A stretch of DNA of 32,000 nt from Cereibacter sphaeroides 2.4.1 (GTDB taxonomy: Bacteria > Pseudomonadota > Alphaproteobacteria > Rhodobacterales > Rhodobacteraceae). Every line of letters begins with the position of its first letter. Positions within the stretch are counted from its first letter, which is position 1. The stretch covers positions 2,850,001 to 2,882,000 of the forward strand of contig NC_007493.2 in the NCBI RefSeq assembly GCF_000012905.2. Reading direction: 5' to 3'. Shown here one piece after another: positions 18,839-25,793 of this stretch. The notes under the pieces were generated by a model. It had not been told where the DNA came from. It made no database searches and was given only the letters and a program-made list of their open reading frames with translations. The translations under genes were made by a program, and so were the position numbers.

Positions 18839-20989
18839 ATGTTCAACGTTACAAAGAAATCGATCGAATGGGGCGGCGAGACGCTGACCCTCGAGACCGG
18901 CAAGGTCGCCCGTCAGGCGGATGGCTCGGTCATCGCCACGCTGGGCGAGACCTCGGTCATGGCCAACGTGACCTTCGCGAAAGCCGCGAAGCCGGGCCAG
19001 GACTTCTTCCCGCTCACGGTTCACTATCAGGAACGCTACTATGCCGCGGGCAAGGTGCCCGGCGGCTTCTTCAAGCGCGAGGCGCGCCCCTCCGAGAAGG
19101 AGACGCTGACCTCCCGCCTGATCGACCGTCCGATCCGCCCGCTCTTCGTGGACGGCTTCAAGAACGAAGTGCTGCTGATCGTCACCGTTCTCAGCCATGA
19201 CCTCGTGAACGAGCCCGATATCGTGGCGATGATCGCGGCCTCGGCGGCGCTGACCATCTCGGGCGTGCCCTTCATGGGCCCGATCGGGGCGGCGCGCGTG
19301 GGCTTCGCGGGCGGCGAGTATGTGCTGAACCCCGATGTCGACGACATGCAGAAGCTGCGCGAGAACCCCGAGCAGCGGCTGGATCTGGTCATCGCCGGCA
19401 CCAAGGACGCGGTGATGATGGTGGAATCGGAAGCTTACGAGCTCTCCGAGGCCGAAATGCTGGGCGCCGTGAAGTTCGGCCATGAGGCGATGCAGCCGGT
19501 GATCGACATGATCATCGACTTCGCCGAGGAAGCCGCCCACGAGCCCTTCGACTTCTCGCCGCCGGACTATGCCGCGCTCTATGCCAAGGTGAAATCGCTG
19601 GGCGAGACGCAGATGCGCGCCGCCTTCGCGATCCGCGAGAAGCAGGACCGGGTGAATGCCATCGACGCGGCCCGCGCCGCGATCAAGGCGCAGCTCTCGG
19701 AAGCGGAACTGGCCGACGAGAACCTCGGCACCGCCTTCAAGAAGCTGGAAAGCTCGATCCTGCGCGGCGACATCATCAACGGGGGCGCGCGCATCGACGG
19801 CCGCGACACCAAGACCGTCCGTCCGATCATCTCGGAGACGAGCGTGCTGCCGCGCACCCATGGCTCGGCGCTCTTCACCCGCGGCGAGACGCAGGCGCTG
19901 GTCGTGACCACGCTCGGCACCGGCGAGGACGAGCAGATCATCGACGCGCTGCACGGCAACTCGCGCTCGAACTTCCTGCTGCACTACAACTTCCCGCCCT
20001 ATTCGGTCGGCGAAGTGGGCCGCTTCGGGCCTCCGGGCCGTCGCGAGATCGGCCACGGCAAGCTCGCCTGGCGCGCGCTGCAGGCGGTGCTGCCGGCGGC
20101 GACCGACTTCCCCTACACCATCCGCGTGGTCTCCGAGATCACCGAATCGAACGGCTCCTCGTCCATGGCTTCGGTCTGCGGCGGGTCGCTGTCGATGATG
20201 GATGCGGGCGTGCCGCTGAAGGCGCCGGTCGCGGGCGTGGCCATGGGTCTCATCCTCGAGGATGATGGCAAATGGGCCGTGCTGACCGACATCCTCGGCG
20301 ACGAGGATCACCTCGGCGACATGGACTTCAAGGTCGCCGGCACCGAGAACGGCATCACCTCGCTGCAGATGGACATCAAGGTCGCGGGCATCACGCCCGA
20401 GATCATGGAGCAGGCCCTCGCCCAGGCGAAGGACGGCCGGATGCACATCCTCGGCGAGATGTCGAAGGCGCTGTCGTCGGCCAATTCCTTCTCGGCCTAT
20501 GCGCCGAAGATCGAGACGCTGACGATCCCGACCGACAAGATCCGCGAAGTGATCGGCTCGGGCGGCAAGGTGATCCGCGAGATCGTGGAAACCTCGGGCG
20601 CCAAGGTCGACATCAACGACGACGGCGTGATCAAGATCGCCTCGAACGATCAGGCTGCCATCAAGAAGGCCTACGACATGATCTGGTCGATCGTGGCGGA
20701 GCCGGAAGAGGGCCAGATCTACACCGGCAAGGTGGTGAAGCTCGTCGATTTCGGCGCCTTCGTGAACTTCTTCGGCAAGCGTGACGGCCTCGTGCACGTC
20801 TCGCAGATCGCCAACAAGCGCCTGACGCACCCCAACGAGGTGCTGAAGGAAGGCCAGGAAGTGAAGGTCAAGCTCCTCGGCTTCGACGAGCGCGGCAAGG
20901 TCCGTCTCGGCATGAAGATGGTCGATCAGGAAACCGGGCAGGAGATCCAGCCCGAGAAGAAAGAGAAGGAAGAGGCCGGCGAGGCCTGA
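18839..20989 (+). CDS. pnp: Polyribonucleotide nucleotidyltransferase (PNPase)
   Basis: 716-aa ORF with two RNase PH domains ([13 protein letters not shown]), a KH domain ([10 protein letters not shown]) and an S1 domain ([19 protein letters not shown]). It lies downstream of rpsO as in most bacteria. Confidence 0.95.
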   Translation: MFNVTKKSIEWGGETLTLETGKVARQADGSVIATLGETSVMANVTFAKAAKPGQDFFPLTVHYQERYYAAGKVPGGFFKREARPSEKETLTSRLIDRPIRPLFVDGFKNEVLLIVTVLSHDLVNEPDIVAMIAASAALTISGVPFMGPIGAARVGFAGGEYVLNPDVDDMQKLRENPEQRLDLVIAGTKDAVMMVESEAYELSEAEMLGAVKFGHEAMQPVIDMIIDFAEEAAHEPFDFSPPDYAALYAKVKSLGETQMRAAFAIREKQDRVNAIDAARAAIKAQLSEAELADENLGTAFKKLESSILRGDIINGGARIDGRDTKTVRPIISETSVLPRTHGSALFTRGETQALVVTTLGTGEDEQIIDALHGNSRSNFLLHYNFPPYSVGEVGRFGPPGRREIGHGKLAWRALQAVLPAATDFPYTIRVVSEITESNGSSSMASVCGGSLSMMDAGVPLKAPVAGVAMGLILEDDGKWAVLTDILGDEDHLGDMDFKVAGTENGITSLQMDIKVAGITPEIMEQALAQAKDGRMHILGEMSKALSSANSFSAYAPKIETLTIPTDKIREVIGSGGKVIREIVETSGAKVDINDDGVIKIASNDQAAIKKAYDMIWSIVAEPEEGQIYTGKVVKLVDFGAFVNFFGKRDGLVHVSQIANKRLTHPNEVLKEGQEVKVKLLGFDERGKVRLGMKMVDQETGQEIQPEKKEKEEAGEA

Positions 20990-21044
20990 TCCTCTGCAGA
21001 ACGAAGGCCGCCCCGGCTTCTGCGGGCGCCTTTCGGAATGATGC

Positions 21045-21085
21045 GCACGCCTGCCGACGGACGTCGGCAGGCGTGCTGCATTTTC
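21045..21085 (+). terminator. Strong Rho-independent terminator after pnp
   Basis: gcacgcctgccgac (21045-21058), loop ggac, then gtcggcaggcgtgc (21063-21076), followed by tgcattttc. A weaker bulged GC hairpin followed by tttc lies just upstream (about 21004-21034). Confidence 0.8.
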
Positions 21086-21231
21086 GGGGTCGATGTGGAG
21101 CAAGTCCCGCTCCGGGAAACTTGTCCGGCTCGACAGCCCGGCGAGATGAACATCCCACTTGCCGCCACGGCTGGCGTTTCATCAAGCGCACATGCGGCTC
21201 CCGGACACGCCAGGGGGCCCTGTCGAAACAC

Positions 21232-21254
21232 CCCGCCGCAAGGAGCGCGGCGGG
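21232..21254 (-). terminator. Candidate terminator for the minus-strand RTX gene
   Basis: cccgccgc (21232-21239) pairs with gcggcggg (21247-21254) around a 7-nt loop. On the minus strand it is followed by gtgtttcg. It lies 58 nt downstream of the RTX gene stop. Confidence 0.35.
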
Positions 21255-21311
21255 ACCGGAGCGCCGCTGAAATCCCGACAGGCGCGAAGCCTCTGCCGGG
21301 ACCTTCTGCCT

Positions 21312-22625
21312 TCAGAGATATTCCAGATGCGCGGGGAGCAGCCCCCCGAGCTCGTCGGCAGTGATACCGAGAAACATCGCGCCGTTGCCGCCGCCGAGAT
21401 CGAGAAAGCAGTCGCTGCCCAGATCCTCGATCCGCCCGGTCAGCTCTTCCACCGAAACCAGACCGTCCGCCCCGCCGATGCCGTTGATGTTGCGGGTGAT
21501 CGTCAGCACGTCTTCGGACGAGAAATCCGCGATCGTGTCGATCCCGTGCGCGCTGCGCATCTGGAACGCGTCTGCGCCCGCTCCACCGGTCAGGAAATCG
21601 TCGCCCGCGCCGCCGTTCAGCACGTCGGCACCCTCGCCGCCATCGATCTGGTCACAGCCGCGGCCGCCGAGCATCGTGTCGTTGCCCTCGCCGCCGAAGA
21701 TCACGTCGTCCCCCCGCCCGAGATCCTCGATGGCGGCCACGAAATCGTCGCCCGCTCCCAGATCGATCAGGTCGTCGCCACCGCCGCCGTCCACCCAGTC
21801 GTCGCCCTCGCCCGCCGTGATCTGGTCGTCGCCGTAGCCGCCGAACAGGACGTCGCGCGCCGCGCCCCCGTCCATGACGTCGTTGCCGTTGCCGCCGATC
21901 AGCCGGTCGCTCCCCTCTCCGCCGTCGAGCCGGTCGTCGCCGAGGCCCCCGTCGAGGCTGTCGTCCCCCTCGCCACCGGAGAGGACATCGGCGCCCGCAT
22001 CGCCCATGAGCGTGTCCTGCCCCTCGCCGCCCTCCAGCTGGTCGTCGCCGTCCTGACCGCGGATGACGTCATCGCCCGCGTCGCCCGTCAGCGTGTCGTT
22101 CCCGAACGAAGCCTCGATCCGGTCGTTCCCGTCGCCGCCGTGCATCTCGTCGCCGGTGCCGATCTTCGCCGCGCGCCACGTCTCGAAGGAGAGGCCGCCC
22201 CGGTCAGGATCGGTCGACCAGCGGCTGTCCAGCAGGTCGTCTCCCGCCCCTCCGATCAAGAGGTTCGCACCGGTGCCGCCGTGCAGGCTGTCGTTCCCGG
22301 CGCCGCCCGCCAGAAGGTCGTTGCCCGTTCCGCCCGTCAGGATGTCCGCGCCGCCGCCGCCCCGCACGAGATCGTTGCCGCCGTTGCCGTAGAGCTGGTC
22401 ATTGCCCCAGAGGCCGACGAGCACGTCCCCCTCCGGCCCCCCGGGCAGAGAGGAGCCGAAGGGAGACGCGATCAGGAGGTCGCGGCCGCAACTTCCCATC
22501 GCCAAGGCGCCCCACGGCGGCGCGATCAGGGCGGACTCGAACCGCAGGCCCGTTGCGAAGAAGGAGCCGAGCCAGCCCGGCGGTTCGGCCCAGGGTAAGG
22601 TGGTTGTCGTCACTGCCAGTTCCAT
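21312..22625 (-). CDS. RTX (hemolysin-type calcium-binding repeat) protein, 437 aa, probable T1SS substrate
   Basis: ATG at 22625 is preceded by SD gggagg (complement of 22630-22635). A 61-aa non-repeat N-terminus is followed by 8 in-phase GGxGxDxLx nonapeptides. A 29-aa linker then leads to about 21 more nonapeptides. The non-repeat C-terminal tail (IDTIADFSSEDVLTI...HLEYL) is homologous to the tail of the neighbouring RTX protein. Confidence 0.85.
   Translation of the reverse strand: MELAVTTTTLPWAEPPGWLGSFFATGLRFESALIAPPWGALAMGSCGRDLLIASPFGSSLPGGPEGDVLVGLWGNDQLYGNGGNDLVRGGGGADILTGGTGNDLLAGGAGNDSLHGGTGANLLIGGAGDDLLDSRWSTDPDRGGLSFETWRAAKIGTGDEMHGGDGNDRIEASFGNDTLTGDAGDDVIRGQDGDDQLEGGEGQDTLMGDAGADVLSGGEGDDSLDGGLGDDRLDGGEGSDRLIGGNGNDVMDGGAARDVLFGGYGDDQITAGEGDDWVDGGGGDDLIDLGAGDDFVAAIEDLGRGDDVIFGGEGNDTMLGGRGCDQIDGGEGADVLNGGAGDDFLTGGAGADAFQMRSAHGIDTIADFSSEDVLTITRNINGIGGADGLVSVEELTGRIEDLGSDCFLDLGGGNGAMFLGITADELGGLLPAHLEYL
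21561..22442 (-). repeat. 27-bp periodic coding repeats (RTX nonapeptides), two blocks split by a 29-codon linker
   Basis: Block A is residues 62-133 (22227-22442), with 8 in-phase units. The linker SRWSTDPDRGGLSFETWRAAKIGTGDEMH follows. Block B is residues 163-355 (21561-22139), with about 21 units and one 4-residue phase break (AIEDLGRGDDVIF). Confidence 0.9.
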
Positions 22626-22844
22626 GGAGCCTCCCGAAGCGTCCTTGGCGGCGCGGCCCCTGCCGCAACCCGCAGGCGACCATCAAGCGACGAGCCTGTT
22701 ACGCAGGAGTTAAGGCTTCAATCTGAAGTGGTGGCAGTTTCGACAAAGCCTAAACAACCAAAGGCTGAGTTTAAGGCCCTGTTAACACCCTCGGAGCAGA
22801 GGTTTGCACACGCAGAAAGTGCGGGTTCAAGGAGAGGGGTTTCC
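22626..22844. promoter_or_regulatory. Divergent control region between the two RTX genes, locally low GC
   Basis: 219 bp separate the two start codons. I counted 49 G+C in nt 22701-22800, against roughly 68-70% in the flanks. Repeated words are CCTGTTA (22695, 22778), GTTAAGGC/GTTTAAGGC (22709, 22769) and AAGGCT (22712, 22761). Both SD sequences sit at the edges. Confidence 0.5.
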
Positions 22845-23687
22845 ATGGCCACAATACCGGGAGGCGCGTTCAGCGACTTCATCTTCGGCACCTCGGGCAA
22901 CGATTATGTGTTGTCAGGAGCCGGCAACGACACCGTCTCGGGCGCCAGCGGCGACGATCTCATCCGCGGCGGACTGGGCGACGACCTGCTGAACGGCGGC
23001 AGCGGCGCCGACCGATTGTTCGGCGAGGAGGGCGACGACCAATTGCTCGGCGGCACCGGCGACGACATGCTCGACGGCGGCATCGGCAACGACACGCTCT
23101 CGGGCGGGGCGGGGCAGGATCTTCTGTTCGGCGGCGCCGGAGACGACCTTCTTGCAGGCGGCGCGGGCGACGACACGATGGAGGGGGGCAGCGGGAACGA
23201 TGCCCTTCTGGGCGGGGCCGGCAACGACGCGCTGGACGGTGGCGAGGGAGACGACACGCTCTCGGGCGACGCGGGCGACGATCTGCTGTCGGGTGGCCTC
23301 GGCGACGACCGGCTCGACGGCGGGGACGGCAACGACGTACTGTCCGGCGGCGGGGGCGATGACCTGTTCCTGGGCGGGGCGGGTGACGACCAGATCGACG
23401 GCGGCGCCGGAGACGACGTGATCTACACCGGAGAGGGCAACGACCTCGTGACCTTCTCGGGCGGCGGAGACGTCATCATGGACTTCTCCGAAGGCGACAT
23501 GCTGCAGATCTCGGGCAGCCTCGAGGGGGTGACCCTCGCTTCGGCCGAAGATGTAGCCGGCTATGCGCTCGATCTGGGCGACGCCGGTACGCTGATCGAC
23601 TTCGGTCAGGGCGACAGCGTGCTGCTGCAGGGCGTCTCCTACGATGACGTGGCGGCCGACCCGTCGCGCTACTTCTCGATCGTCTGA
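22845..23687 (+). CDS. Small RTX beta-roll protein, 280 aa (NodO/ExpE1-like in size and composition), probable T1SS substrate
   Basis: ATG at 22845 lies 8 nt after SD aaggagag (22829-22836). Residues 15-203 are 21 uninterrupted, phase-perfect GGxGxDxLx nonapeptides. A roughly 75-aa C-terminal tail follows (DVIMDFSEGDMLQI...YFSIV). There is no signal peptide and no enzymatic domain. Confidence 0.85.
   Translation: MATIPGGAFSDFIFGTSGNDYVLSGAGNDTVSGASGDDLIRGGLGDDLLNGGSGADRLFGEEGDDQLLGGTGDDMLDGGIGNDTLSGGAGQDLLFGGAGDDLLAGGAGDDTMEGGSGNDALLGGAGNDALDGGEGDDTLSGDAGDDLLSGGLGDDRLDGGDGNDVLSGGGGDDLFLGGAGDDQIDGGAGDDVIYTGEGNDLVTFSGGGDVIMDFSEGDMLQISGSLEGVTLASAEDVAGYALDLGDAGTLIDFGQGDSVLLQGVSYDDVAADPSRYFSIV
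22887..23453 (+). repeat. 21 uninterrupted 27-bp coding repeats (RTX nonapeptides)
   Basis: The array runs from GTSGNDYVL SGAGNDTVS GASGDDLIR GGLGDDLLN through GGAGDDVIY TGEGNDLVT. All units are in the same 9-residue phase. Confidence 0.9.
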
Positions 23688-23696
23688 GACCTGCCG

Positions 23697-23720
23697 GCCG
23701 GGCGCATCCGCGTGCCCGGC
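23697..23720 (+). other. GC hairpin between the RTX gene and the orphan/GT/T1SS string (possible attenuator)
   Basis: gccgggc (23697-23703) pairs with gcccggc (23714-23720) around a 10-nt loop. It lies 10 nt after the RTX stop and has no U-run. Confidence 0.4.
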
Positions 23721-23747
23721 CCGCTTCCCGCGAACCGGACGGCTGCC

Positions 23748-25793
23748 ATGAACATGAGACCTGACGCCTTCGGCGAGGCGCGCGCGCCGGCCATCGCGTG
23801 CCCTCCCCGTCCGCTGGATGAGTTGCGGATCGTGCCGCTCTCGACCGGCCTGGCCGCGATCTATCTGGATGCGCCCCCGGCTGGCGGGCGGCGCCCGCGG
23901 CTCGCAGTGACGCTCGATGGCCGTCCGGTGCCGTCGCCCTCGCTGTCTGCGGCCCTGCCGCTCGAACGCGGCGGTCTGCGCCATCTCGTTCTTTTTACGC
24001 AGGACATGCCGGAACTCCTTGCGCGCGACCTGCTCCTGACCCTCGACGGCGTGCCCCGGGCCGAGGCACGGTCCGAATGGCTTCAGCCCCCGCTCAGGCC
24101 CCTGCCCGCGCTGGTCGAGGGGCTGGCGGCAAGCGGCCGGACCCGATTCCTGAAGATGCTTCTCACCACCGCCGCCTCGCTGTTCTCGGGTCATGGCGCC
24201 GAGCTGGCGGCGCTGGCGCAGCGGATGCTCGACCTCTGCGCGGTGCCCGTGGCGCGGCCGCTCGGCGCCGCGGCCTTCGGGGCGGGCCATGCCATCCGAA
24301 GCCACGCCTGGGCCGAGCCGCCCGCGCCGGGGGCGCCGGTGGTGGCGCTCGGCCGGCAGATCGGGCGGCTGGCCGGTTGCGACGCACGGAGCGACGGGGG
24401 CCTGCTGCATCTCCACCTGCCGCCCGCCGCCCGCGCGGAAGGGGACCTTGTGATCTTCACCCCCGATCCGGTGCGGCTGCCGGCTCCCAACAAGGCTGCG
24501 GCGCCCATGACCGCGTGGCTCAACGGTCGAAGCCCCGCCATCCGCGCCTGGGCGCTCGGCCGTGTGCGCTCGGCCGCGGCGGGGGACCCGGCGGCGCAGG
24601 CGCTTCTGGCCGAGATGCAGCGCCCCGACCTGCCGGTGCGGCTGGCTGTCCGCTCCCTCTGCGTCGCCCCGGGCGGCCTGCTCTATGCCTTTCGGCTCGA
24701 GGATCCCGAGCGGCTGGTCCGCACCCTGCGGCTCGAAATTGCCGGCCGGCATCTCGATCTCGATCTGCACCGCGGCCCTGCTGGAACGGGCCTGTGCGCG
24801 GGCTTCGCGCCGCTCGAGGCGGAGGCGGCCCCCTGCCGCATCCAGATGGTGCTCGGCTCGGGACGGATCACGACCATGGCGACGGTGCAGCCCGCAGCCT
24901 TCGACGGCAGCGAACCGGACGGCTTCGCCGAGGTCTGGCAGGCCTGGCACCGCATCTCGGGCCCGCCGGAGGTCAACCCTGCGCGGGTGCTCGCCGCAAT
25001 CCGCAGCGCCCGTGCTCCGCGCCGGATCCCGGTGCTGGTCCAGCGGTTCGGATCCCCCCGGACAGGTCGGATCGCCCTGATCGCCCCGGCGGGCGCCCAT
25101 CCCGATCTGATCTCCGCCCGTGCCGCTGCGGTGGGGGCCGGCGGCTGGCAGGCCGAGATCCTCCTCACCCTTCCCGAAGGACCCGCGGCTGCCCGGATGC
25201 GCGACGCGGCGGCGGCGGCGGCGGCGCTCCACGACCTGCCGCACCGCCTCGTCCTGCACGATGCGCGGGCCCATCCGGCCGAGGTGCTGCGGGCGGCGGC
25301 GGCCCTGATCGAGGGGCCGCTCCTTCTCCTTGGGGCCACCGTCCTGCCGGCGACCCCGGGGTGGCTCGAAGACTGGCTCCGGCATCTGGAGGAGACGCCG
25401 GCCCTCGTCACCGCAGGGGCGGTTCTCGATCATGAAGGCGCCGTCTGGGAGGGACCCCTCGATCTCGGTGCGGAAGGGCTCCTGCGGCCCCTCGACGGGT
25501 TGCCCGCGCGACGTCTCGCCGGGACCTCCACCTCTTTCCCGTCGCCCGAGCTTGCGGGACTGTCCCGCGCGGGGGTGATGCGGCTTCTCGCTTCGGCCAC
25601 GGGTCATGCTGACCTCGCCCCCGCCCTCGCCGAACTGGCCGCGGCGGATCGCGCCGCAGGCACAGCCTCGCCCTTCCGCGTGAGCCACCCCTTCCGCCGC
25701 TTCGGAGGCACCGCCCATCCCACGGGGTTCGCGGAAGCCCTGCGCGGCGAGGAGCTGCGGCGGCAGGCGCTCCCCGCGGCGGAGGGCCTCTGA
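23748..25793 (+). CDS. Orphan protein A (681 aa): unknown N-terminal region plus C-terminal GT-A-like domain lacking DxD
   Basis: High third-position GC in this frame throughout. The stop TGA (25791-25793) overlaps the next ATG (TGATG). The C-terminal third (RIALIAPAG...LLLLGATVLPATPGWLEDWLRHL...) resembles a family-2 glycosyltransferase fold by eye. It is a paralogue of orphan protein B. The start is uncertain among ATG 23748, ATG 23754 and GTG 23712. Confidence 0.7.
   Translation: MNMRPDAFGEARAPAIACPPRPLDELRIVPLSTGLAAIYLDAPPAGGRRPRLAVTLDGRPVPSPSLSAALPLERGGLRHLVLFTQDMPELLARDLLLTLDGVPRAEARSEWLQPPLRPLPALVEGLAASGRTRFLKMLLTTAASLFSGHGAELAALAQRMLDLCAVPVARPLGAAAFGAGHAIRSHAWAEPPAPGAPVVALGRQIGRLAGCDARSDGGLLHLHLPPAARAEGDLVIFTPDPVRLPAPNKAAAPMTAWLNGRSPAIRAWALGRVRSAAAGDPAAQALLAEMQRPDLPVRLAVRSLCVAPGGLLYAFRLEDPERLVRTLRLEIAGRHLDLDLHRGPAGTGLCAGFAPLEAEAAPCRIQMVLGSGRITTMATVQPAAFDGSEPDGFAEVWQAWHRISGPPEVNPARVLAAIRSARAPRRIPVLVQRFGSPRTGRIALIAPAGAHPDLISARAAAVGAGGWQAEILLTLPEGPAAARMRDAAAAAAALHDLPHRLVLHDARAHPAEVLRAAAALIEGPLLLLGATVLPATPGWLEDWLRHLEETPALVTAGAVLDHEGAVWEGPLDLGAEGLLRPLDGLPARRLAGTSTSFPSPELAGLSRAGVMRLLASATGHADLAPALAELAAADRAAGTASPFRVSHPFRRFGGTAHPTGFAEALRGEELRRQALPAAEGL

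Noticed and set aside
21361-22392. Ser/Pro-rich periodic ORFs (SSPxPPxxx) antisense to the RTX genes. On the plus strand these are 21361-21837, 21874-22056 and 22063-22392. On the minus strand it is 22904-23332.
   Set aside because: They are the reverse-complement reading of the GGxGxDxLx codon repeats. Their periodicity is inherited from the RTX genes, and they lack SD sequences.
22690-22830. The low-GC patch as the scar of a mobile element or a horizontally acquired island boundary.
   Set aside because: There are no flanking direct or inverted terminal repeats, and no integrase, transposase or tRNA nearby. The flanking RTX/GT genes have the same GC and codon bias as the housekeeping genes.
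22728-22844. GTG 22728 as the start of the small RTX gene (the ORF-track start, adding 39 residues MVAVSTKPKQPKAEF...).
   Set aside because: This segment is the low-GC spacer and has atypical codon usage for this genome. ATG 22845 has a strong SD (aaggagag) 8 nt upstream.
22887-23453. Regular 27-bp periodicity that could be mistaken for a CRISPR or tandem-repeat array.
   Set aside because: There is no repeat/spacer alternation. The periodicity is degenerate at the DNA level and fully explained by in-frame RTX nonapeptides within a gene that has a good SD and start.
21312-23687. N-D-(S/T) sequons inside RTX repeats, as evidence for HMW1C-like cytoplasmic N-glycosylation.
   Set aside because: The two proteins have only 3 and 2 such sequons (GNDSLH, GNDTLT and GNDTML; GNDTVS and GNDTLS). 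That is no more than expected from the GNDxL consensus, and the adjacent enzymes look like GT4 rather than GT41. I kept this only as an untested sub-hypothesis.
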